A stretch of 64,000 nt of DNA from Eledone cirrhosa (taxonomy: Eukaryota). Shown piece by piece: positions 1 through 13,337 of this stretch. Made by a program: the position numbers and the translations under genes. Where the stretch lies: the NCBI GenBank assembly GCA_964016885.1, contig OZ024741.1:183024001-183088000 (forward strand). Direction: 5' to 3'. The notes under the pieces were generated by a model. It was not told the origin of the DNA, searched no databases, and saw only the letters and a list, made by a program, of their open reading frames with translations. Each line of letters starts with the position of its first letter. Positions within the stretch are counted from its first letter, which is position 1.

Positions 1-249
1 ATTACTGGTACTTTATTTTATCGACCCCGTAATAAATAATATGAATAGGCTATTTTGCCGGTCCTGCTAAAATAGACAAATATGCTTTTTAAGCTTATTT
101 TACCGGTCCCAGTAAATATAAATAGAGTTGTGTTTGGATTAGGGTTAGGGTTTAAATTGTCTTAATAATTGGTGTTGAAAATAAATAAACTTCTGTGTTA
201 AATCTGTGTTGTTATTTTTAACATTGAATGCCTTCATACTAATGGTTTA

Positions 250-440
250 TGATTTAGGCAAAAGGCCAGCATTTTTGGGAGAGGGGGGAAAGTCAATTAA
301 TCGACACCAGTGCATTACTGGTACTTTATTTTATCGACCCCCGTAAGGATGAAAGGCAAAGCTAACTTCGGAGGGATCTGAACTCAGACCGTAAAGAGCC
401 GTAACACTGTGCTGCAAAGCATGGTGTCTGACACTCTTAC
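250..440 (-). mobile_element. tRNA-derived SINE, group 1 (Nin-like central domain); partial copy also at 1-30
   Basis: Reverse complement of the clearer copy at 16301-16495; shares ctggtactttattttatcgacccc...gatgaaaggcaaag and the B-box tgaactcaga. Confidence 0.7.
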
Positions 441-1242
441 CGGCAAAATAGCCTCTTCCTAAATAATTGAAATGAAATCAGTGGAAAATAATATTCCGAA
501 CGAAAAGACACGAACTTAGAAAATGACAAAAAGAAGGAAGTATGGCGAGTGGTGACAGCTTCGGTTGGTGTACGTTCTTTATTTGTTTATTCTGGTGTGT
601 GTATGTTCTTTATTTGTTTATTCTTCGGCTTGTTTTCCATAGTGGACCAAGTAACCTTTAATCAGGATTTCACATCTTTTTTGCCCGGCGCCTTAGCGGT
701 TGTTAAAACTTAGTGTGTTAAAGCTTGGACATAGCTTAAGTCCACTTAATAAAGAAAGCAAGGAAGAAACAGGGGGATAGAGAGTGTGTGTATGTGTGAG
801 ACAGAGACAGTTAAAAAGACAGAAGGAAATAAGAGAGTAAAGATGAAGGAGTGGGGTGAACAGTAAATATAGTGAGAGGGGAAATATTTTTTAATGAGAA
901 GGAGGTGGAAGAGGTCTAAAATAAATAAACCCTGGAGTGAATGAGTTAGAGGATAAAAACAATGGTGGAATAGGAGGAGGAAGAAAATAAATTTCACTGT
1001 CTTTTGTTATCTTTATTATCCCTTATTTAAATGTCTCCCTATTACCCTCTCTCTAAAAAAAGAGAGAGAGAGAGAGATAGAGAGAGGGTGGAGGTGATAG
1101 GGAGACATATATATATTAGGTGATTCAGTAGATTTGTGGTTTACTTAATAAGGTACTTAGTAAGCATGCTATGTTATAGCAGAGTGTACACATTAAAAAG
1201 AACAAAACAAGTTTTCGCATTGAGGCTTTTATTGATTAGGCC

Positions 1243-1329
1243 CAGTTACGACCGTTTCATAGATGGGTGGTTCAAGATCCATATTTGTGTTATCGACCCA
1301 ACTCCAGACCAATCTGCTCGTCAGACATG
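1243..1329 (-). ncRNA. Degenerate type-I hammerhead ribozyme motif
   Basis: Minus strand: catgt-CTGACGA-[long stem II gcagattgg...ccatctat]-GAAAC-GGTC-GTA-actg; stem I imperfect. Confidence 0.55.
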
Positions 1330-1377
1330 TTAATCAAGCAAAACCTGAATTTCATATATATATATATATATATATTA

Positions 1378-2100
1378 CCGTTTTACGTTCATTCTTCCAC
1401 GCTAGCATGGGTTAGACGGGTTGTCCTGTTGTGGGCAATGCCAGGTCAAGTGACTATATCTTGCTCATACAGAACTGACTTTGGCTTGATTTCTACAGCT
1501 GGATGCCCTTCCTAACACCATCCTCATTTACAGTGAGTACTGGGTTTTTTTTTCCGTGGCGCCTACACAATCACTTTACAGTGGGAGGGGTGAGTGGGGG
1601 CATACTGTCTATATGCTTCAGCTTCGGCTTGTACCCGTGGGAAGTTGGGTCTTCTGTATTACTGCGTAACGCCAGAGGTCTCTGTCCTGTGTCATCGCCT
1701 TTGAGAGGTGCAATTGGGAAAAGTCAGCTTTTATCACCTCATCCCTGGTCTTCTTGGGTCTCCCCACTCGAAGGCTTCCATCGACTTTTGATGCTCTTAT
1801 ATATATATCATCATTATCATCATCATCATCGTCATCATCACCATTTAATGTCCATTCTTCCTCACTGGTATGAATTAGATGAATAATCCTGTTGTGTGCA
1901 ATGCCAGGTCAGGTGACCATGTCTTGCTCATACAGAACCGATTTCTGGCTTGGTTCCTACAGCTGGATGCCCTTCCTAGCGCCAACTACATTTACAGTGA
2001 GTACTGGGTGCTTTTTGTCATGTCACCTACATGACCACTTTACAGTGTGTGCTGGGCGCTTTTTGCCGTGTCACCATCACTTTACAGGGTGGGCTGGAGG
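1378..2100 (-). mobile_element. Two short elements carrying the RTE-type 3' tail
   Basis: Both contain ctacagctggatgcccttccta, shared with the 3' UTR of the RTE copies; (CAT)n tail near 1808-1840. Confidence 0.6.
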
Positions 2101-2217
2101 CCTCACTGTATGTATACCTCAACTTATATATATGTGAAAACTAGGCTCACAACACACAACACACAAAAATAAGATAGTGTAGGACAGAACAAAGGAGAAA
2201 CACAAAATAAAAACCTA

Positions 2218-2260
2218 GTTACTGAGGAGGTCACAGAATGTGTGATGAAAGAGCTTTGAC
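2218..2260 (+). ncRNA. Minimal hammerhead motif in a PLE 3'-end remnant (about 2140-2390)
   Basis: gtta-CTGAGGA-ggtcaca gaatg tgtgat-GAAAG-AG-CTT-tgac; downstream gaaaaccaac...atgactctcccaaagtataacaat(AT)n resembles 44517-44600. Confidence 0.6.
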
Positions 2261-2380
2261 AATATATAAACAACCATCCGGTTATTGAACCAACCAGCCA
2301 ACCGGAAATTTATAATAAATTGAAGTGAAAACCAACAGGGTGCATGTGTTTTTATTGGCAACATGACTCTCCCAAAGTAT

Positions 2381-2458
<78 letters not shown>

Positions 2459-3274
2459 CACATATAGAAGAAGTAAAGAGAAAAAGAAATAGACGACAAA
2501 TGGATGGAATTTATATATTAACAGTACCACTAACACAGTGTGATTCAGATTAGAGGCATGGAAGCATACACATTGTTTATTCATAATGATTTCTAATTAA
2601 GGCACAAAGCCAGCAATTTTTTTTTGTGGTGTGGTAGATGATTATGTCAGCCCCAGTGTTTGACTAATATTTTATTTAATCAACCTTTGTGGGATTTGAA
2701 CTCAGAAAGCAATGAACCAGAAAAAATACCACAAAAGCATTTTGTTTGAAGCTCTTCTAATTCTGCCAAATCTATCCACCACTGATGTTGTTTGTATGAT
2801 AAATATACATAAGTCTCACTGTGAGTAGTTCAAGCTGTGATCATGTAGTTACCCCAGTAACTATCTTAATGATACACTATGTCTGAAAGAAAGACAGGGT
2901 GGTCATAGCTGGAATACTTTTGATCTACAGGTCTGCTGTATCTTGGGGCTGACCTGGGGTTAAACAACAACAAAAAGAAGAACATTCTGTATAATGTAGT
3001 CCAAGATGTAGTCCAAAGGAAAATAAGATGGTCATTCCTGGAATGGCTGAAAGGATTAGTGACATGAAGGTCATCCGGCTGTAAAACACTGGCTTAGAAA
3101 CCCTATCCAACCCTTAGTAGCATGGAAAAGTTGACATAAAACAATGTTACTAGTATAATGTGGAAAGTGATATGAGGCTAAACAATGCAAAATGGACTGT
3201 AAGATGAAGGTAATGAAAATGTAAGTTACCTGGTAATCTTTGTTTTTTTTGTTTTTTTTTTGTTGCTGTTGTTT

Positions 3275-3470
3275 CTTTTGAACTAATATTTCGGGACTTA
3301 AAATTTCCTTCAGAGTATAAGGAATTTTCAGAGAAAAATGTTCCGCTTTCTTCTCTTTGGGACCTAATATTTCAGGACTTAAAATTCCCTTCAAAGTATA
3401 AGGAATTTTCAGAGAAAAATGTTCCAGTTTCTTCTCTTTGGGACCTAATATTTTGGGACATGATCCCTTT
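3275..3470. repeat. About 78-bp tandem repeat, about 2.5 copies
   Basis: gtataaggaattttcagagaaaaatgttcc...ttcttctctttgggacctaatattt repeated. Confidence 0.75.
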
Positions 3471-3659
3471 CAGGCTCTCTAAGACTGGTGGGAGGGATGA
3501 ATGTCATTTCAAATTGGAAATGAGGCTCAAATGCTTACAACAGTTGGACTCTGCTAAAGACACTCAAAGGTCAGATTAGGTCTGCCACTCAAGAAAATTA
3601 CAGCAGGAATTGAACTTAGAATGCAAACAGCAAGAACTAATGCTATAATACTTTAACAA

Positions 3660-6600
3660 TTCTGTCAATCCACCCCTAGACTGGTACTTCTGCCAATCCA
3701 CCCCTGGACTGGTACTTCTGCCAATTTCACTGCTAGACTGGTACTTCTGCCAATCCACCCCTGGACTGGTACTTCTGCCAATCCACTGCTAGACTGGTAC
3801 TTCTGCCAATCCACTGCTAGACTGGTACTTCTGCCAATCCACCCCTGGACTGGTACTTCTGCCAATCCACCCCTGGACTGGTACTTCTGCCAATCCACCC
3901 CTGGACTGGTACTTCTGCCAATCCACCCCTGGACTGGTACTTCTGCCAATCCACCCCTAGACTGGTACTTCTGCCAATCCACCCCTGGACTGGTACTTCT
4001 GCCAATCCACTGCTAGACTGGTACTTCTGCCAATCCACCCCTGGACTGGTACTTCTGCCAATCCACCCCTGGACTGGTACTTCTGCCAATCCACCCTTGG
4101 ACTGGTACTTCTGCCAATCCACCCTTGGACTGGTACTTCTGCCAATCCACCCCTGGACTGGTACTTCTGCCAATCCACTACTAGACTGGTACTTCTGCCA
4201 ATCCACCCCTGGACTGGTACTTCTGCCAATCCACTGCTAGACTGGTACTTCTGCCAATCCACCCCTGGACTGGTACTTCTGCCAATCCACCCCTGGACTG
4301 GTACTTCTGCCAATCCACTGCTAGACTGGTACTTCTGCCAATCCACTGCTAGACTGGTACTTCTGCCAATCCACCCCTGGACTGGTACTTCTGCCAATCC
4401 ACTGCTAGACTGGTACTTCTGCCAATCCACCCCTGGACTGGTACTTCTGCCAATCCACCCCTGGACTGGTACTTCTGCCAATCCACCCCTGGACTGGTAC
4501 TTCTGCCAATCCACTGCTAGACTGGTACTTCTGCCAATCCACCCCTGGACTGGTACTTCTGCCAATCCACCCCTGGACTGGTACTTCTGCCAATCCACTG
4601 CTAGACTGGTACTTCTGCCAATCCACTGCTAGACTGGTACTTCTGCCAATCCACTGCTAGACTGGTACTTCTGCCAATCCACCCCTGGACTGGTACTTCT
4701 GCCAATCCACTGCTAGACTGGTACTTCTGCCAATCCACCCCTGGACTGGTACTTCTGCCAATCCACCCCTGGACTGGTACTTCTGCCAATCCACCCCTGG
4801 ACTGGTACTTCTGCCAATCCACTGCTAGACTGGTACTTCTGCCAATCCACCCCTGGACTGGTACTTCTGCCAATCCACCCCTGGACTGGTACTTCTGCCA
4901 ATCCACTGCTAGACTGGTACTTCTGCCAATCCACTGCTAGACTGGTACTTCTGCCAATCCACCCCTGGACTGGTACTTCTGCCAATCCACTGCTAGACTG
5001 GTACTTCTGCCAATCCACCCCTGGACTGGTACTTCTGCCAATCCACCCCTGGACTGGTACTTCTGCCAATCCACCCCTGGACTGGTACTTCTGCCAATCC
5101 ACCCCTAGACTGGTACTTCTGCCAATCCACCCCTGGACTGGTACTTCTGCCAATCCACTGCTAGACTGGTACTTCTGCCAATCCACCCCTGGACTGGTAC
5201 TTCTGCCAATCCACTACTAGACTGGTGCTTCTGCCAATCCACTGCTAGACTGGTACTTCTGCCAATCCACCCCTGGACTGGTACTTCTGCCAACCCACCC
5301 CTGGACTGGTACTTCTGCCAATCCACCCCTGGACTGGTACTTCTGCCAATCCACTGCTAGACTGGTACTTCTGCCAATCCACCCCTGGACTGGTACTTCT
5401 GCCAATCCATTGCTAGACTGGTACTTCTGCCAATCCACCCCTGGACTGGTACTTCTGCCAATCCACTGCTAGACTGGTACTTCTGCCAATCCACTGCTAG
5501 ACTGGTACTTCTGCCAATCCACCCCTGGACTGGTACTTCTGCCAATCCACTGCTAGACTGGTACTTCTGCCAATCCACTGCTAGACTGGTACTTCTGCCA
5601 ATCCACCCCTGGACTGGTACTTCTGCCAATCCACTGCTAGACTGGTACTTCTGCCAATCCACTGCTAGACTGGTACTTCTGCCAATCCACCCCTGGACTG
5701 GTACTTCTGCCAATCCACCCCTGGACTGGTACTTCTGCCAATCCACTGCTAGACTGGTGCTTCTGCCAATCCACCCCTGGACTGGTACTTCTGCCAATCC
5801 ACCCCTGGACTGGTACTTCTGCCAATCCACTGCTAGACTGGTACTTCTGCCAATCCACCCCTGGACTGGTACTTCTGCCAATCCACTGCTAGACTGGTGC
5901 TTCTGCCAATCCACCCCTGGACTGGTACTTCTGCCAATCCACCCCTGGACTGGTACTTCTGCCAATCCACCCCTGGACTGGTACTTCTGCCAAGCCACCC
6001 CTGGACTGGTACTTCTGCCAATCCACCCCTGGACTGGTACTTCTGCCAATCCACCCCTGGACTGGTACTTCTGCCAATCCACCCCTGGACTGGTACTTCT
6101 GCCAATCCACCCCTGGACTGGTACTTCTGCCAATCCACTGCTAGACTGGTACTTCTGCCAATCCACCCCTGGACTGGTACTTCTGCCAATCCACCCCTGG
6201 ACTGGTACTTCTGCCAATCCACTGCTAGACTGGTGCTTCTGCCAATCCACCCCTGGACTGGTACTTCTGCCAATCCACCCCTGGACTGGTGCTTCTGCCA
6301 ATCCACCCCTGGACTGGTACTTCTGCCAATCCACCCCTGGACTGGTGCTTCTGCCAATCCACCCCTGGACTGGTACTTCTGCCAATCCACCCCTGGACTG
6401 GTACTTCTGCCAAGCCACCCCTGGACTGGTACTTCTGCCAATCCACTGCTAGACTGGTACTTCTGCCAATCCACCCCTGGACTGGTACTTCTGCCAATCC
6501 ACTGCTAGACTGGTACTTCTGCCAATCCACCCCTGGACTGGTACTTCTGCCAATTTCACTGCTAGACTGGTGCTTCTGCCAATCCACCCCTGGACTGGTA

Positions 6601-6996
6601 CTTCTGCCAATCCACTGCTAGACTGGTACTTCTGCCAATCCACCCCTGGACTGGTACTTCTGCCAATCCACTGCTAGACTGGTGCTTCTGCCAATCCACC
6701 CCTGGACTGGTACTTCTGCCAATCCACTGCTAGACTGGTAGTTCTGCCAATCCACCCCTGGACTGGTACTTCTGCCAATCCACTGCTAGACTGGTAGTTC
6801 TGCCAATCCACCCCTGGACTGGTGCTTCTGCCAATCCACCCCTGGACTGGTACTTCTGCCAAGCCACCCCTGGACTGGTACTTCTGCCAATCCACCCCTG
6901 GACTGGTACTTCTGCCAATCCACCCTTGGACTGGTACTTCTGCCAATCCACTGCTAGACTGGTACTTCTGCCAATCCACCCCTGGACTGGTACTTC
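3660..6996. repeat. 28-bp minisatellite, about 119 units, two main variants
   Basis: Unit ctggtacttctgccaatcca followed by either cccctgga or ctgctaga; no unique spacers. Confidence 0.97.
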
Positions 6997-7814
6997 ATTT
7001 TATCAACACTAAAAAGTTGAAAGGCAAAGTAGATCTTATTTCCTTGGTAAGACAGAGTCATTAAAGGACTGGGCAAATACTTTGTGATATCTCTTCCCAC
7101 TCTTTATGTTCTTATTTCAAATCGCTTTAAAGTTAACTTTTCCTTTCATCCTTCTGAGGTTGATAAAATAAAGTACCAGTCAAGTACTGGATCAATATAA
7201 TCGACTTTCTCTTTCCAACCAAAAATTGTTGACCTTGTGCCAAAATCAGAAACAATTATAACACATAAATGATATAAAGATAAAGATGTGTTCTGTACTG
7301 TATATATTATAATTTACATTCTGAAAAAAATGTATTGATTTTCAGATTAAAGCATGTTTTGTAATGTATAGTTTGTCAATTATGTTGTTTAAATTTTTTC
7401 TTTAACACAAAATGAAAGTGTATATCGTAATTTATGTAAATGAAAGTGCTTTCCTTTATTCTTACTGAATCCAAAACTAATGTAGCCATCCTGAAACTAA
7501 ATTAACATACAAATAAAAAAATAATTACTATGCCAATAATGAAATAACCCTTGTTGCTTCGTTAATGTAATGTTTATACACTTTAAACGTGCAAAAAAAA
7601 GGTGTGTGTGTGTGTGTGTGTGTGCATGTGCCTCTGTGTGTGTGTGTGTGTGTTTGTGCCTGTGTGTTCCTTTTATTGTAGGTTATTGAATTGCAAGTAA
7701 TATTTTAGGAAGTAAAAAAATTCTCTGATCTCTGTAAGAAATAATATAAAGAACATGATTTTCATTCAACAAATTAGCCACCAGCTTAATGCATTATTTC
7801 CCAGGCAATAAGGG

Positions 7815-7975
7815 TTGTGGATTAGCAGAATTGGTGGAGCATCAGATAAAATGCCATTGCGATATTTATTCTGGCTATTTACAATCTGAGTTCAAATCTC
7901 TCTGAGGTCAACTTTACCTTTCATCCTTCTGTGGTCAATAAAATAAAGTACCAGTTAAATACTGGAGTTGAATTA
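7815..7975 (+). mobile_element. Group 1 SINE; further fragments near 2600-2780, 6985-7040, 7110-7260 and 9890-10025
   Basis: gtggattagcagaattggtggagc...gagttcaaatc...actttacctttcatccttc...aaataaagtaccag. Confidence 0.65.
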
Positions 7976-8014
7976 GTCTAAATTTACTAACCTTTTGCCA
8001 AATAATTTATTTCC

Positions 8015-8345
8015 AATGCAATGCTGAAAATATCTGGTAAAGTAGCACATGCACAAATAACAGGCATAGTCAATGAGGTAGTACAGGAAAAATTCATAAC
8101 CCTATGTCTGGTGAAGCAGTATCATTCTCAGCAATTATAAGGACAAAAGAAATACTCCTGAATGGAGTGTTTACCCGAGTCATCAAACTAAAGGACCAAG
8201 CTATGAAAGTAACAGAATGAATTATAGCACCTGGAAGAAAATTAACTAAGATAATATGCAGTTCACATTTGTACCAGGATTTGGTACTGCAAATTTCCGC
8301 TTCCTGGTCTGACAACTATAAAAATTGTAAACAAAGAGCAAGCTA
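8015..8345 (+). pseudogene. Degenerate RTE LINE reverse transcriptase fragment
   Basis: Translates to IKLKDQAMKVTE..IIA and MQFTFVPG, homologous to the 18915-20945 ORF. Confidence 0.7.
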
Positions 8346-8673
8346 TTGTGTCTAGCATTCTTTTACCAGGAGAAGGATTTGACAAGGAAACATGGTTGCC
8401 TGACCTGGCATTGCTCACAACAGGAAAACTCATCTAACCTATGCCAGCGTGGAAAAATGGACGTTAAACAGTGATGATGATGATGATGATGACACAGAAA
8501 GAGGGATTGATAGATAGACAGACAGACAAGCAAGTGGGTGAATGGACTGATAGGAAGACAGACAGACAGATAGATAGATGTATACACAACTATACTGGTC
8601 CAGCATATCTTTACTGTGATGGCTAAAACAAACTGAATGACATGCATACACACATGCACGCACACACACACAA

Positions 8674-8719
<46 letters not shown>

Positions 8720-9488
8720 CTCATACACGCTCTCACACACACACACACACACATGCACACCAAGAATCAGCCAGATATTTGATTTAATGAAACCATAATC
8801 TCATAATCGGGCAGTTTGTCATTCGTTGTAAAGAAAAGGTCCATTGCATATGTATTTGTGTTAATGGGTGGTTGTATATGTATGCATTTATGTATGTATA
8901 GTTATATGTATGTGAATGTGTGCACATTGAAGAAGCATGTTTATCATTTGGCTTCTTCAAATATGATATATGAGTGTTTGAAAGATGATCTCAATTATGG
9001 CTTCAGCATTTGAAAGAGAGATGGGATAGGGAGAAAGATAGAGAAAAAGCTGTTCAAGAGAGCCAGTAAGATGGGAGAATGAGACTAGGATGGGTTACTG
9101 TGTCTTCAACTAGATTCCTTCTGGCTTGTACTCTGAACCTTAATAACCTTACTGCAGACACTGATCCCATTTTAGTCTCTGTCTCACATATTACTGGCTC
9201 ATTTGAACACACAAGCACTTTGAGATTATAAATTTGCCTTCCCCAGCTTGTAAACATGTATTGATAAGGATATTTTAACTACAAATTATTTGTTTATCTA
9301 TCTATTTTCTAATGTTAAATGCAGTATTTTCTCCTTTATGTTTATAATAAATAGATCTGAGTAATGTTCACAGCTTATTCGTATTTTTTATCCTTTTTTA
9401 ATATAAATATCCTCTGTTTCTATTGTTAAATTCAACCATGGAAATAATGATAGTATCAGTTGCAACTCCTTGCAAAATGAGGTATGAT

Positions 9489-9709
9489 TTAACTCTTTAG
9501 TATTTAAACCGGTCGTATCCAGCCAGAATTATTTTCTCACCTCTTCCTGTTCAAACCAGCTGTAATTGGCCACTCATACTGATGTTAAGTTATTCTCAAA
9601 ATGAATAATATCAAAATTTCATAGATTCAATATTATGAGATAATTTTACGTGAAAATACAATAGTAAATATAGAGTAAATATAGAGTAATGTAAATGTTA
9701 AAGGGTTAA
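9489..9709. mobile_element. piggyBac-type MITE, about 215 bp, TTAA-flanked
   Basis: Ends ttaa-ctctttag ... ttaaaggg-ttaa; internal similarity to 11585-11811. Confidence 0.65.
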
Positions 9710-10323
9710 TGTAAATACCCTCTATTTCTATCGTCAGATTCAACCACAGAAACAATGATACTATCTATCAGCAGCAACTCCTGGTAAAATGAAGTGCGAT
9801 TTAAACTTAGAATGCACAGGGTCAGATCTGATATTGTAGAGCATCCTGTTCAACTCTTTAACAATTCTGCCAATTGAATAACCCTGAACATATACTTTAT
9901 TTAGCAACCCCAAAAGAATGAAAGGCAAAGTTGATGACGAGGATGAAATTTATTTGAAATCACAGTACGGAGCAGAAAAATAAATAATAAAGTATTTAAT
10001 CCAACACTCTAATGGTTCTACCAGTTTCCACACACACACATTCTCTTTCACACACACACATATATACACATGTGTGTGTGTGTGCATATTAAGACATATT
10101 TTTCTGAAAAATTACATCTGTACATATGCTGAAAATAATTGTAACAACAGTTGATCGCTACAAATAATAGCTTAGAAAATTGGATAAAACACTCCTACAG
10201 ATGGGAAAAAGTAGTCAGCAGCCACTACAGAGAATTAAACTCTGGATCTCTAGAATACCTGCCTGGTGTGGTAGTATGTATGTATATGTCTCTGTGTGTG
10301 TAAATACACACACACACACACAT

Positions 10324-10953
10324 ATCATCATCATCATCATCATCGTTTAACGTCCGTGTTCCACGCTTGCATGGGTTTGGACGGGGGTTTTCCCACTTGA
10401 GGCAAGAGTGATTATCTTGCTCGCATAGGACTATCTGGCGGGTTTTCTACAGCTGGATGCCCTTCCTAACACCAACCACATTTACAGTGTGGGGCTGGGA
10501 GGTTTTTACTGTGTTGCCTACACCGCCACATTACAGCGTGGACTGTGTGTTTTTTTGACGTGACACCTACACGATCTCATTTGTTTCGGCCTGGATGTTG
10601 TGGCACCAACATAACTTTACATTGAAAGGGGCGGTGTGGATGGGGTGGGGGTGGTGGGACGGGGGTGTATTTTGTTAGAGATGCCTACTGACTGTAGTAG
10701 GTTTTACTATGTATTTAGGTAAGGCGGGTCTTCTCTATTACTGAGTACCGCCAAAGGTCTCGGTCCAGTGACATTGTCTTGGTGAGGTGTAAGTGTGTGA
10801 GGTCGGAATTTATCAGCTCGTCCCAGGTTTTTCTGGGTCTGCCTATTCCGTGGCTACCGTCTATCTTTATTGCCCTGCACTTTGTTATACAGCTATCGTC
10901 CTTCATGCGCATCACGTGACCATACCAACGTAGCCTTCTCTCGAGTAAACAAC
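10324..10953 (-). mobile_element. 5'-truncated RTE LINE (3' end)
   Basis: ORF 10715-11008 RRLRWYGHVMRM...GRPRKTW; 3' UTR and (TGA)n tail nearly identical to the 18.5-kb copy. Confidence 0.9.
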
Positions 10954-11055
10954 ATATATATATATAATGTAAATCACAAACCAAAGAGTGCTTAAAACAT
11001 TTAATCACTTACGATCGTTTCATTCTAACACAAGGCCGGAATCAATCGTAAGTGA

Positions 11056-11273
11056 TTAACCCTTTAGCATTCACATTATTTTATATATACTATTATATTT
11101 TCATGGTAAAGGCTTTATCTCACATAATTATCTCACATAATATCGAATCTATGAGATTTTGAAAGTATTTATTTTGAGAACAATACTTTAACATCAGTTT
11201 GAACGACCAGTTACAACCAGTTTCAACAGAAAGAGGTAGAGAATTCTGGCCGGTTTGAACACTAAGGGGTTAA
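11056..11273. mobile_element. piggyBac-type MITE with TTAA duplication
   Basis: ttaa-ccctttag...ctaagggg-ttaa; interrupts one arm of an older inverted repeat exactly at TTAA. Confidence 0.8.
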
Positions 11274-11584
11274 ATGTTTTAAGCACTCTTTGATTGTCAT
11301 TTACATTGTATTTCGGCTCTGTAATATACTGTTATTTTGCATTGAGCTATTTTCATACTTGAAATTGGGTAATATTTATTATTACCCTCATTATATATAT
11401 ATATATGTATACTTACAGTAATCATGTTGACTAATCAGCATTGCGTATGTAATGCATCAATCAGTGAATAATGAGGCAATTCGATTTAAGCACTTAACGT
11501 TATGTATTTTCTTCCAAATATAATTTGTCAGTCAGTGACGGAGTATATGTAGAGTAAGGAAAATGTGAAGTTCATTGTAGATGT

Positions 11585-11811
11585 TTAACCCTTTAGTGTT
11601 CAAACCGGCCAAAACTGGCCAGAATTCTCTACCTCTTTCTGTTGAAACTGGTTGTAACTGGTCGCTCAAACTGATGTTAAGGTATTGTTCTCAAAATAAA
11701 TACTTTCAAAATCTCATAGATTCGATATTATGTGAGATAATTATGTGAGATAAAGTGTTTACTGTGGAAATATAATAGTATATATAGAGTAATGTAAATG
11801 CTAAAGGTTAA
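11585..11811. mobile_element. Same MITE family, opposite orientation; partial copy at 12110-12170
   Basis: ttaa-ccctttag...ctaaagg-ttaa; reverse complement of 11056-11273. Confidence 0.8.
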
Positions 11812-13294
11812 GTTATGTTCTAAAATGAAAGTTAGTTATATTACTCTCTCCAAATTCTCAATTATTTAAAAAATTATTTCAAAACTAGGAATTTTTTCAA
11901 CATGGTGACGCATATGTTTATGTGCATACATTTATATCTATGAGTATATAAATATAAACATGCAAACAGACACACAAAAATACACTCACAGACATACATT
12001 CACACAAACACACATATACATTCTCAAAGGCAGCAGATGTAAAGAGAGAGGAGTAGTATGAGATAGTCAAACTACTCTCTTTTTACACATGACAGAATTG
12101 CAGAAATGTAAAGCCTTTACCATTAAAATATAATAGTATATATAAAATAATGTGAATGCTAAAGAGTTAAAAGTCCTTTATTAACAAAACTGTGATACAT
12201 ATTTCAATGACAATCGTGGCTATATGATTGTCAAATCATATAACCAGTCACGAGATATCATCAGACAGTATCTCATGTAATAAGGTTACATTTCTGAGGA
12301 ATCCAATCTAAAGACAAGGGAACAGACAGAAATTATATTTTCAGAGCCCAAGCCTGTTTCTTTATGCATATATATATGTGTGTGTATGTGTATGCACCTG
12401 CCTGTTTCTATGCATATATCCACATGCATGTGCTTATGAGTATATATGCATGTGCATGAAATGAACAAGTGCATGTGTATCTCTGTACATGTGTCTCTCT
12501 CTCTTGTTTTGTTGTGGTGCTGCTGATAATGGATGTGCCGTATATGGTGGTGTTAACATTGGTGATAGTAAGAGTGATGGAGATGTTAGTGGAGGTGATG
12601 GTGGTAGTGATGATGGGGATGGTAATGGTGATCAAAGAACCAAGAATCAATAGTAATTGGACCTCTGCTTTTGAGATGAGTTAACATAAAACATATAGAT
12701 ATATATACATACATAAATGCATCCATGCATGCACATATGAACACACACACACATGGGCACGTGCACACACACATAAACATTTGTTATAAGTTCATATTTT
12801 TCTAAACTGGAATGGGTTGGATGAGTTTTCTTGAGACAAAGTTCTATGGCTGGATACCTTTCTTGAAGTCAATTCCCACATGTATAACTGTCAACAAGTA
12901 CCACAGCCTGTATACCAAAAAGAATGCCTGCATTAACCCACAGCAACATCAGATTTACTAAAAGGATGCTTGCACGCATTAATCATACAGCAACGTCAGA
13001 TATAGAGACTACTACTGCCAAACAAATATGGAACCCATTGATGCTGTTAATCTGTCACCTGTTCTCACTGGCACTATCAGACCATTTAAATCTCCATGTG
13101 ATCAGCAGCCTAAAATAGCTGATGTTGCTGACAATACAGTATCACCATGTGATGTAAGCAAACCAATAGCATCTCCATTTTCCACTAAATATTTAAAAGC
13201 ATCTGAAAGAATTTGACATGTTACACCTATGCAACCATATGTTATGCAAGAATGAGCCCAACTCTTTATACATATATACACACACACACATAGA

Positions 13295-13334
<40 letters not shown>

Positions 13335-13337
<3 letters not shown>

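Noticed and set aside
139-150. Telomeric TTAGGG
   Set aside because: Only two units, inside a small element with short inverted ends (aggctattttgccgg near 47 and its complement near 440).
3660-6996. CRISPR array or repeat-protein ORFs
   Set aside because: The variable part has only two 8-nt states, there are no unique spacers or cas genes, and the context is eukaryotic; the ORFs are by-products of a 28-bp period.
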